A stretch of DNA of 64,000 nt from Isurus oxyrinchus (Eukaryota). Location: positions 79,608,001-79,672,000 of the forward strand of contig JANJGN010000021.1 of assembly GCA_026770705.1 (NCBI GenBank), given 5' to 3'. Positions 50,401-59,547 of this stretch are shown here, in pieces; positions within the stretch are counted from its first letter, which is position 1, and each line of letters begins with the position of its first letter. A program made the position numbers and the translations under genes. The notes under the pieces were generated by a model, which saw only the letters and a program-made list of their open reading frames with translations, was not told the origin of the DNA and did not search any database.

Positions 50401-52573
50401 GAATACTGGTGGAGGAATGAGGCTGCAGGGTCTGCCTTCCTTTCCAGTTAAGGTTCTGAAGGATTGGAAGTATCATAATATTAGTTGTTCCCCTCCTATT
50501 AATAAAACTATAATAATATAAGCTAGTCTCTAATGGTGACAGAAATCAGATTGTTGCAAAAACCCATCTAGGTCACTGATGTCCTTTAGGGAAGGAAATC
50601 TGCCATCCTTATTTGGTCTGGCCTACATGTGACTCCAGATTCACAGCAATGTGGTTGACTCTTAAGTGCCCTCTGAAATGGTCTAGCAAGCTACTCAGTT
50701 CAAGGGCAATTAGGGATGGGCAACAAATACTGGCCTTGCCATCAACACTCACATCCCATAGGAGAATTTAAAAAGTGACCCCCAACATACTACCTAAAGT
50801 TGCAATAGCTGGAGGGTCTTGCAGCTAAACAATTTCTAATATCAATATGGTAAAGTAATTGAAAAGTGATAATTCAGTGAAAAATAATAGTGAATACATC
50901 ACATGCATTTTACATCATATATACATTTTACATCATCTATACAAACAAAATTCAGGCTTACATAGATAAGCTAAAATTTAGTATCACTGGGCACTCCTAG
51001 GAGTAGGTACCATAACTTCACTACCAAACTTTACTATCCACTGGACTAGTAATTTAGAGGTCCAGGGCAATGCTCTGGCAACTTAGGTTCAAATCCCACT
51101 GCAGCAGCTGGTGGAATTTGAGTTCAGTTAATAATATCTAGAACATAAAGCTAGTTTCAGTATAGTATAGTGACCATGTCAATTGTCATAAAAACCCATC
51201 TGGTTCACTATCGTCTGTTAGGAAAAGAAATCTGCTGTCCTTACCTGGTCTGGCCCTCTGCAATGGCCTTGTAAGCCACTTAATTCAAGGGCACTTAGGG
51301 GTGGGCAACAAACCCATAGGCCTTGGCAGTGACATCCACATCCCATGAAAGAAAGAATTTTAAAAATCCACTTAAATAACTGTGTAACCATAAGATTTAT
51401 TTATTGAAAAAAAGTGACTTCCAGTTGTTCCAGAAGTTGTACTGATCAACCTATTATAAACTGTGAAACTTGGCTTTAATATTAGAGAACAGATTTCCAG
51501 TGAAATGCAATAAATTTCTTAGTCTGTCATAATCCAACAGCTAGCAATAACTCCACACTGCATGCTAGCTTTAATCTGAACCCTCAGCTTCTCACAGGGG
51601 TGGAGGTGGGGCAAGGAAAAAAAAAGACTTTCTGCCACTGTTCCAAGTATAGAATGCCCAAAATGGAGATAAGCAATTTAACAAGTAATATCCTGGCATG
51701 CCAATTAATTTGGCTCAAATATTAGAAATAGGCTCTGGTCAACATCATTGACCCTTAGTTCACTGAATCCAATTACAAACTACAAGCATCATTACTACTA
51801 AAAGCAAAACACAACAGATACTGAAATTGTCAAGTCAGATAACTCTGTTTCTCCCTCTACAGATGCTAACATTTCAGGCTGATGACTTTTCATCACAACT
51901 GGAAAAAGTTAGAGATGCAACAGGTTTTAAGTATGTCAGAGGCAGAGGAAGGAAACAAACACGAAAATGGTGGAAGGCAGGAGAGATTAAATGACAAGGA
52001 GGTAATGGTACAAGACAAACAAAGATTTTTAATAGGACAAATAAAGAAAGAAATATATAATACAAGCTCACTTATGCATGACAAATAAGTAAAAAATTTC
52101 AAACTTCACAATGGCACCAGACAATAGACCTTTCCTGGGCTCCTCAGTGAGGAAGAAGTGAGCAGAGATCGGGTGTGAGAATTTACACCTGTTCATCAGT
52201 AAAACCCATTTTTAAAAATCATTAAAAAAGAGTCAAGGTGAGGTTATTAGTAGCTGAGTACAGGAATGATCAGAGACAGCCCAAACCCCCTGACCCTTTA
52301 TCAGAGATAAGGTTATTACTGGGCTGGGGTTTCCCTGAAAAGCAGCAAGAGTCCTGGGAATGATCTCTGATAATTTTAATGGGTTTAACTGTCGGGTTTC
52401 CCACTGAGTTTAGTTTAATTCGGGTCTCTCTCCTCCCCACAGACTCTGACTCCCCCCGGGCGGCACTTACCAACCCCGTTGTCTCCCTGCCCATTGAAGA
52501 TGAGTGAGACGCATATGAAGAACGGGATCCTGAACCAGAGAGAACGGGGACCAATGACCCTGAACAGCGACAT
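35454..52573 (-). CDS. mhc2b: MHC class II beta chain gene, 6 coding exons: join(52573..52471,44691..44431,40633..40352,38262..38146,35974..35945,35479..35454), 272 aa
   Basis: Assembled by hand. All five introns are GT..AG and phase 1, and the frame is open from ATG to TAA. Domain order is leader, beta1, beta2 (IgC1), TM and two cytoplasmic exons, as expected for class II B genes. Confidence 0.96.
35945..35974 (-). CDS. mhc2b: MHC IIB exon 5 (cytoplasmic, AILDSSNHGP)
   Basis: 30-nt phase-1 exon between CTTTCCCTTTCAG| and |GTAAGT; keeps the frame. Confidence 0.82.
36005..36230 (+). mobile_element. DeuSINE-like (SacSINE1/AmnSINE-type) remnant in intron 4
   Basis: GACACTCCAGTGCAGTACTGTGGGAATGCTGCAC resembles the Deu-domain as I recall it. 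Confidence 0.55.
36710..37830 (-). mobile_element. LINE (second family), internally deleted, in intron 4
   Basis: Homologous to 25268-26900. Confidence 0.82.
38146..38262 (-). CDS. mhc2b: MHC IIB exon 4 (connecting peptide + transmembrane)
   Basis: EVQSTPESEKPKIIVGALGFGIGLIILLAGVIMKLKNAK, with the class II beta glycine-patterned TM. Splice sites are GCACAG| and |GTGAGA. Confidence 0.95.
39495..39970 (-). mobile_element. LINE 3' fragment in intron 3
   Basis: Homologous to the 3' part of 25268-26900. Confidence 0.8.
40352..40633 (-). CDS. mhc2b: MHC IIB exon 3 (beta2 Ig C1 domain)
   Basis: 282 nt: VKPTVTV...LLSCRVTGFYPSKIKVTWLKNG...DGDWTYQ...YTCRVEHISL...VDW. Acceptor is TTCCAG|; donor is |GTAAGA. 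Confidence 0.97.
42350..42980 (+). mobile_element. CR1-type LINE 3' fragment in intron 2
   Basis: MRGDLIEVFKIL..RTRGHRFK. Confidence 0.82.
43408..44135. repeat. GC-rich minisatellite, about 15 units of GACACAGGCCCCCGCTCCCCCCGGGTCAGCGT + G(n)
   Basis: Read directly; invariant core with variable poly-G spacers. Confidence 0.97.
44308..44435. repeat. 33-bp-type repeat that reiterates the exon 2 splice donor
   Basis: CCCGGGTCT(C/A)ACCTC occurs four times, the last copy being the real donor. Confidence 0.9.
44431..44691 (-). CDS. mhc2b: MHC IIB exon 2 (beta1 peptide-binding domain)
   Basis: GAHTYNRIFGCKFNSTGTW...DRWN...CQNNIPIYESEVLTRR has the C15-C79 pair, an NST glycosylation site, W61 and N82. 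Acceptor is (CT)nCAG; donor is G|GTGAGA. Confidence 0.97.
44694..44720. repeat. (GA)n microsatellite forming the polypyrimidine tract of the exon 2 acceptor
   Basis: Read directly. Confidence 0.95.
46410..48405 (+). mobile_element. CR1-type LINE, relatively young, in intron 1
   Basis: SPGPDGLHPRVLKE, YLDFQKAFDKVPH and KFADDTK motifs; few frameshifts. Confidence 0.92.
48900..49810 (-). mobile_element. LINE endonuclease-region remnant in intron 1
   Basis: Minus strand gives an APE-like GDFNV motif and the downstream linker region of the second LINE family. Confidence 0.6.
52471..52573 (-). CDS. mhc2b: MHC IIB exon 1 (leader): MSLFRVIGPRSLWFRIPFFICVSLIFNGQGDNGV
   Basis: Hydrophobic leader ending G|GTAAGT (phase 1). 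It lies just downstream of a TATA-like element and the CCAAT/X-box promoter. Confidence 0.88.
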
Positions 52574-52630
52574 TCCGAAGTAAGATCGAGAAGCAAACCC
52601 CGAACTGAAAGTGACAGAGAATGAGCGGGC

Positions 52631-52977
52631 TTTAAATAGGGAGCAAGTAAAGAGAGACCAATCAGAACTTGGCACAGAGTGACCAATCAGAGTCAGGTAA
52701 AGGGCGCTCAATCAGAACCAGGCACGCAACGACCAATCAGAGCAAGGAAAAAGGGTCGAATCCGCTCCAGGTAAAGAGAGACCAGCCAGAGAGAGGATAG
52801 AACGACCAATCAAAGTCCGGAGTTAGACTGCGGGGAGCCCAATTAAGGCCAGGCAATGGCCAGAGCGTGTCCAATTAAAGCCGAGGTATTGGCAGAAAGC
52901 GGCCAATCAATGCCGGCGGGTGGGAGGCGAAAGGTACCAATCAGGGCCGTAGAACACATTCGTCACCTGTTACCCGG
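52631..52977 (-). promoter_or_regulatory. MHC IIB proximal promoter: TATA-like element, CCAAT/Y-box array and X1-X2-Y module
   Basis: TATTTAAA at 52638-52631. Eight perfect ATTGG on the gene strand between 52658 and 52941. CCGGGTAACAGGTG (X1, overlapping TGACG X2), 19 bp, then CTGATTGG (Y). Confidence 0.85.
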
Positions 52978-53068
52978 CCGAAGTGAACCAGGGAATAAGA
53001 ATAAGAAACAAAAACAGAATTACCTGGAAAAACTCAGCAGGTCTGGCAGCATCGGCGGAGAAGAAAAG

Positions 53069-53107
53069 AGTTGACGTTTCGAGTCCTCATGACCCTTCCA
53101 CAGAACT
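53069..53107 (-). ncRNA. Minimal hammerhead ribozyme motif (Penelope)
   Basis: AGTT-CTGTGGA-A-GGGTC-ATGAG-GACTC-GAAAC-GTC-AACT. Confidence 0.65.
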
Positions 53108-53280
53108 GGGTGAGTCCAGGAAAGAGTTGAAATATAAGCTGGTTTAGGGGAGGGTTGGGGGGGGCGGTGGGCGGCGGAGAGAGATAGAAGTGGAGGGATT
53201 GGTGTGGTTGTAGGGACAAACAAGCAGTAACCCGCCCCCCTAAACCAGCTTATATTTCACCCCTTTCCTGGACTTACTCA

Positions 53281-53319
53281 AGTTCTGTCGAAGGGTCATG
53301 AGGACTCGAAACGTCAACT
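53281..53319 (+). ncRNA. Minimal hammerhead ribozyme motif (Penelope)
   Basis: AGTT-CTGTCGA-A-GGGTC-ATGAG-GACTC-GAAAC-GTC-AACT. Confidence 0.65.
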
Positions 53320-53438
53320 CTTTTCTTCTCCGCCGATGCTGCCGGACCTGCTGAGTTTTTCCAGGGAATAAGAACCTGTGATGACCCCGCTGTTGTAAGG
53401 CTCAAATAGACCACTCAGAGTTAGAACCGGACGACAAC

Positions 53439-53502
53439 CCAATTGTAGCCAGCCACAGCTAATCGTCATCTGTTGCCAGGCGGTTGGTTTATTTAAAGTT
53501 GC
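53439..53502 (-). promoter_or_regulatory. Second, upstream X1-X2-Y module of MHC IIB
   Basis: CCTGGCAACAGATG (13/14 to the HLA-DRA X box CCTAGCAACAGATG), TGACG X2 half-site, and ATTGG at the same distance as in DRA. Weak S-like GCAACTT 15 nt upstream. Confidence 0.8.
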
Positions 53503-54059
53503 CATGATGTGAATGATGGTTGGTGTTGGGTACGGGTTAGTGGGTGACAGGGAGACCACAATGTCCTATCCCCAGGAGTTGGGAAGCTGCACCAGGAGGA
53601 GAAATAATCAGGGGGCCAGTACCAGATTAATAACAACAACAAAAAACAATCCCACATTTTATATTTGACAATGATTTGGGAATTATATTGTTCATGTGTA
53701 TATACATACATACAGTCATATTCAAAATGCCACCATGTTATTACTTGGGTGCCTAGAAATCTAAAATGATCACAAAATGGACACAAATATTGCAGTTAAC
53801 ACAAATGTATTTCTTAGATCTTACCATGTGCTGTGGAATTACGTGTTGTTAATTCGGTACACACTGCACTGCAGTAGTGATTGATGTGGTGTGAAGGAAT
53901 AAGGGTCAAATAGTATAGAATTAATATAGGAATATTAGGTTAAAAGTTATTTTGGGTGAACTCACAGTAAAATATATTTTAACGGGTCAAAACTAACTTG
54001 CAAAAACAGCAAGGTTAGCACCCTTCACAACAATTTCTTTGTGTTCTATGGTTCTCGCC

Positions 54060-54545
54060 ATTGCAAGTATGCATACAATATATAATGAATTTGTGTCACC
54101 GAGCTGGTTTCTTGTAAGAAACAGTAAATTTTATTTTCAGAGCTCCCTGATGAAGTTACATGCTTGTACCCAAACCAAGGCTAGAAAACCCCACCCCTAA
54201 GATTACCCACACTTAGGGCTGATTCGCCCAGTCACACTATCCCCATAACAGTATGAAACGGTTTAACTTACAATTGCTACATTCCTCCCCCTTTAACTTC
54301 TTTTTACATGCCTTATTTACAATAAGATCTTAACACAAATCGTATACAAATATATACAGATCAAGCAATCATAGATTTAGTCTTTGAGGAGGTTTCCTGA
54401 TTTGAGTAGAGGGACGCAACTCTACAACTGGAGGTTCTTCCATTGGATTGACTTGACCAGGAACTGCAGCATCAGGGACTTCCTTTGATCATGGCAATTT
54501 AGCATTATTTACTTCAATTGAGATTGGGATTATCTGGTTTTGCGA
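54060..54545 (-). mobile_element. Gypsy 3' end: pol tail, polypurine tract and LTR
   Basis: AAGGGGGAGGAA immediately before TGTAGCAA (54281); LTR resembles 21540-21705. Confidence 0.65.
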
Positions 54546-56399
54546 TTTATGCTTTGCATATAACCATTAGATTACATGCTTTCTTATTATAATAAATTTG
54601 TGTGTACTTTATTCACAGTATCACTTATATGGTAGGATGTTATGCCTCCATCTTATAGATTTGGTATTCATCACCCTCAGTGATGAGTTGGTGCTAGGGT
54701 TGCCAATTCTGACTGAAGGTATTCCGGGAGATTTTATCCCCCAACCTGATGTAATATCATTAATTGTATTATTCGACCCATTCACAGCATCATGGCATCG
54801 TGTGTCTGGCCTGCTGACGTTGCACACTGCTGGTCAATGCTCATTCTCTTTTTCCTGCTCTGGCAAACTTAGGGTCAATAACAAATTAGCTTTCCTTGTT
54901 GCATTGAATAATAGCTCGCCTTTTAAAAAATCTATCTTACATATGTACCACTGTTTCTACCTGTTTGTGCACAGTGTACTTTGAATGATGTTGCTGATGA
55001 GTTTATGATCTTGGGGGAGCAGTTCATTGGCCCTTAGTTGGAATCACACAATCAATGAAATTTCAGGTGGTGATTCAACGTCATGTGAACCTCCTGGAGC
55101 GATTGCACACAGTGAGTTGCTGCTGATTTGTAACATCCGGCATTGTCACTTGTGGCTGAGTACCTGCCACCTTTCTTTATATTTGCTCTGAGTGAATATT
55201 AACTTTTGCCTTTATTAAAATATTCTTTAAAATCTCTCAGATTGCTTTCAATAGCCACAGGAGATAGATGCCAATTCCGTTAGACTCCCAGCCAATCCAG
55301 GGGTGATGGCTACCCTCTTGTCCAGTAAACTGTAGAGAAAAGGTTTAATACCAGGGGGACCTGATACTGATCTAATTATGATTCAATATCACATGGTTAA
55401 GAAACTTAGATCTGATGTGCAGCAGAAGTAGAACCTCCTGTATAGTGCTGGGATGTACATATATATCTGTAATAAACAAGAATTGTTTTTACAAATAACA
55501 GCCTATAGTAGCATCCTTAAGGTAACAAGCAAACCCCAAGGTGAAACATAAACCATCAGGCATCAGCATGGACTGATGGTGTCTTTATATGGGGAAGAGT
55601 GGTAATTACAATTGTGTGAGGGGGAGTGGTGGGGGAAAGGGGATGCACTGAGTCTTCTGTTACTGGGGAATATGGAGAGCTGGCTGGAACCTACACAAAT
55701 AATAATAACATTTTTACAAAGTACTCCAGGACATATTATTATGGATGGGAGGGAGTTTAATTTAAACAGCCCTGATTTCTCCTCTCACCAACCATATGTA
55801 AACAGAAAGGTGTTTCTTGATTTTGATTTCTCCCTTTATAAGTGGTGGTGTATTTGTCCAATCCTTCCAATTGGAGTGATCCAATTTCTATTAATAACCC
55901 CACAGCAACCTCGAGATACAGTGAACTCAAGAGGGTTAGTTTATTCACACATACTCAAAATGCTGGAGGGGAGTGTCGCCACATAGCCACCTGTGCAGTC
56001 ATACAATAAACAAGGGATAGAGAAAGAAAGATTTACGGGGCAAAGACCACATAATAAAGAATTATTGTTTCATGTGAGTCCACAGTCCAGATTCAAAAGC
56101 CCAATGGTGTATTCCTTTATAGAGGTCAGCAGGCTGAACTGATGCTGGATAATTTACTTTTCCAGTAGAGTTGATTTCCATGATGAGATTGGCACACAGA
56201 GATGAATTAGCCTTGTAGGTGATGGCATAGAAGTTGAGAAGTTTATTGACTTTGTTCAGTGTCAACACTTCTCATCGCCACCCAGTGTCCCAGCTATCTC
56301 CTCTTTATATGTGTTCAAATATCTATCGTCTGTTTCCGTTAAAAATGTAATTGACATTAATAAACCTTAATAATGGAATTGACAAGACATTGACACTCC

Positions 56400-59300
56400 A
56401 TGTCTCCCTCAGGTAAGACATTCCCCCTTTGTTGCATGAGGGTTGTGCAGGGTGCAGCAGACAACACTAATCTGGGTCACTCTTTGTGGTTGATTGCACC
56501 CTGCACTTGTGGGAATCCTGAGATTGCTGCAAATCCCAATGCTCTTGCAGCCTGGCTGTTGGGCTAAATTGGGCAAATATATACCCTCTCCTGAACAGGG
56601 CATCTGTGACCACCCTTATGCACTTGTGTGTCATTGACCATGCACTTGTATGTCCATTCACTCACAAGAATGGCGATTTGGAGTCACGAGTTGACTACCA
56701 TCCACCAGCCGTGCCCCTTGGAGTCATCTACCACCCTCCCTCCCTTCATCACTACCCCTGGCTGCAGCAGATGGCAAAGGGCACAGAAGGAACAGCAGCT
56801 CCACACCTTGCTGGGATCTCGATGTTATGAGGCCCACGAGTTGGGAACAAACCTGCTGTTGTGTAGGTTCACCATAGAGTGGAGAACACAACTGAGCATG
56901 GTTCTCAACCAATTGCCTCTTAATTATTACGGTGTCCCTTTAGTCAGCCAATTGTGCTGACCTTGAACTCAACCCACCAGAAAAGACTCTCCTCCCACTT
57001 CGTGAGATCTCACTGATTGGCTAACTGAGTGGTCAAGGTCAGATTTTTAAAAATGGTGTAAGTCAAATGTTATAAATACATGCCTCCAAGAACTATTTTT
57101 TTTAACCATTGGTTTAAACATTGCTTTTGTCTGCACTGGAGTGCTGTTTCAGTCTGCATTAGAGTGCTTAAGTTGGAGATGGGTGAGAGAGGGACTTTTA
57201 AGGGTTAATTTCTATCTGTCTAGTTTTTCTTTAATTTAGCAACTAACTAAAAGTTGCTCTTTGGGTCGGGAGAAGGTTTTAGTCCAGCTTTAAAACAGGG
57301 GTTATACAGGCTCTGCTTGCAGCTGCAGCTGCAGCTAGTTAATTAGAGAACTGGCTTAAACATGTTTTCAGAAGCTAGATTCAGACAGGAAGGTCACCCA
57401 ATTCACTTTCTCCCTGACTCGACTGGAATTCAGTGCAATTAGCAGTCCAACTGGAAATTCTCATCTCAGTATAACTTGTCTGTATTCAGAAACCTGAGAA
57501 GCTGAGATGAGAGCGAGAGATCCCAAAGACATGGATCTTGCTCTGTTCTCTTTCACACCAAAGCTCCTTTGGAAAGAACTTCCAGATAACTACTGTGACC
57601 AGTGATCCATCTTCGTAGGAACAGCAGGTCGAGAGTGTCAAAACCCTCTGAACTTTATCCTTTTTCATAAATTTTCCTATTGACCAAAAGGTGTTTCTTT
57701 TCCCCTTAAACTTCAACCTCTGCAGGGGTCCTATTTGTTTTGTCCTTTGTGTGTACGTGTGTATGTTGGGACTTAAAGGGGTAGATAAATACACATCCAA
57801 ATTACAAACTGTGTTAACCAGTTTTTGGCAACTTGCTTTCAAAAATAAGTTTTGTTTCATAATAAATCAATCATCTGAGTTTATTGAAAGAAGCCTGTTA
57901 AAGTCTCTTTTATTTTGGGGCTAACAATAGCAAAAGTAAACAATTGACAATTTTGGTGAATGAATTAAATATTTACACTTATGGTGCGACCTGAGGAGTA
58001 GCAGGGCTAGAGAAACTGCGCACTCCTCCCATCCCAGTTGTAACACATCTTTCAATCTCACTTCACTACCATCTACTCTCCCCCTGTCATCCACCAACTT
58101 CCTCCCATCATCACTGACCCACCCAATATCACCATTCTTCTCCCCTCTGTCGCCGTTGAACCTCCCCCCTAGTACCCATGCACCTATCACCACCCACCTC
58201 CACATGCATTCCCTCCCCACATAACTGACACTGGTTACAGTGCCCATGCCCACCCTGGCCCTGATCTCTCCCTTTATCTGAGCCATCTGTGTAGTCCATT
58301 GCTGTGACCCCTCTTTCAGCTACCCGACTATCACCTTGGACCTGTGACCCCACCACATCCCACTCCCTACCAAGTGACAGGTCGCTCCTCTGCCCAACAC
58401 CCTCAGTTCAGACCCCAGGGCTCCACTATCAACAGCATCCACCAGACCCTCTGGGACACGTTCTGTCCAACCATCATCACCTGTAAGCCCCTTTCCCCTG
58501 CCCAACCACAGGACACACAGACCCAATAAGAAAGGTCCTTCCCTCCATCCAACGTTGCTGCACCCTCGCATTCCTTCACTGCCTGACTTCCTTTCCTGGA
58601 TATTCTTGCCCCCTTCCCTGACTCTCCTCCCCTCCTTCTCAGGGCAGTCTCCCCTCATCCCTTCACCAGACAGTCTCCACCCCCGCCCCCCTTCCCTGAA
58701 CACCTCTTCCCTGGACAGTCTCCCCCACTTTCCTAAACAGTCTTTCCACCCTTTTACTATTTGTCCCTGTCTGGAGAAGGGTGGGAGACTGTCTCATCCC
58801 CTTTCCCAGACAGTCTACTCCTCTTTCCTGGGCAGTTTTCCAGCATTCCCCGGACAGAGACAGCCTTCCCACTTTCTCAGATGGTCTCCCACCCTTTCCC
58901 AGACATTCTTCCTCCCTTACCCAGTCTTCCACCCTTCCCTGGATATCTCCTGCCTTTCCTTACATCCCTTTCCCTGGATATCTCCTGCCTTTCCTTACAT
59001 CCCTTTCCCTGGACAGTATCCCACCCTTTGCCTGCCCAGCCTCTATTCCATCCTTCCACCCTACATCCCCACTTCTATCCTTCACTTGCCTCCGCTGTCC
59101 AACCTTCACTTCACCCTTTCCTGCTGGCCCTGGCTCCCATTTCCAGCCTTGTTACTGGTATAAATGAAGTTAAGAGCGGTCCCCAGGAAGGCAAAAGCAG
59201 CATCTACTTACCTCAAAGTCATGGAAGAAATGAAGCTTCCCTGGTGCACCCCACTTATATAGTCATAAAATTTCTCACTGGCGGGGAACTTAGTTTGGAG

Positions 59301-59547
59301 GGGCAACTTAATTCTGGTGAGGTGGCCTTTTAATGATCATGCATGACATGGTAATGTATGCAAAAGGGCTTCCTGACATTGTTTAACATGAAGCTCGATC
59401 TGCCTTTAAGCCATCTTTAAAACCCCAGGAACAGAATTCCTGCAGTTCATTCCAACACCAGGAAACTGATTTTTGGGCTCATGGCAAATTAAGTTCCCTG
59501 TGTCAGCCATGCTTCCAGCTACTGTTGGGACTGGAAAATTCCACCCT
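56400..59547 (-). mobile_element. Degenerate Harbinger-like remnant with nested LTR
   Basis: THKCIRVVTDALF transposase fragment; terminus CTGGAAAATTCCACCC at about 59531-59546. Extent uncertain. Confidence 0.5.
57068..58045 (+). mobile_element. Probable solo LTR
   Basis: TGTTATA...TGTAACA termini and internal AATAAA; TSD not clean. Confidence 0.55.

Larger units (their letters stand above)
53002..53360. mobile_element. Fold-back Penelope-tail insertion (two inverted hammerhead-bearing ends) inside the MHC IIB promoter
   Basis: Both arms are near-identical to 24060-24284; 14-bp TSD CCAGGGAATAAGAA (52988-53001, 53361-53374). Confidence 0.9.

Noticed and set aside
52993-52999. S box of the proximal promoter module
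   Set aside because: The expected position reads CTTATTC both with and without the insertion, so it is not S-like.
58555-59333. ORFs of 190-202 aa
   Set aside because: Low-complexity pyrimidine-rich sequence with a 35-bp tandem duplication.
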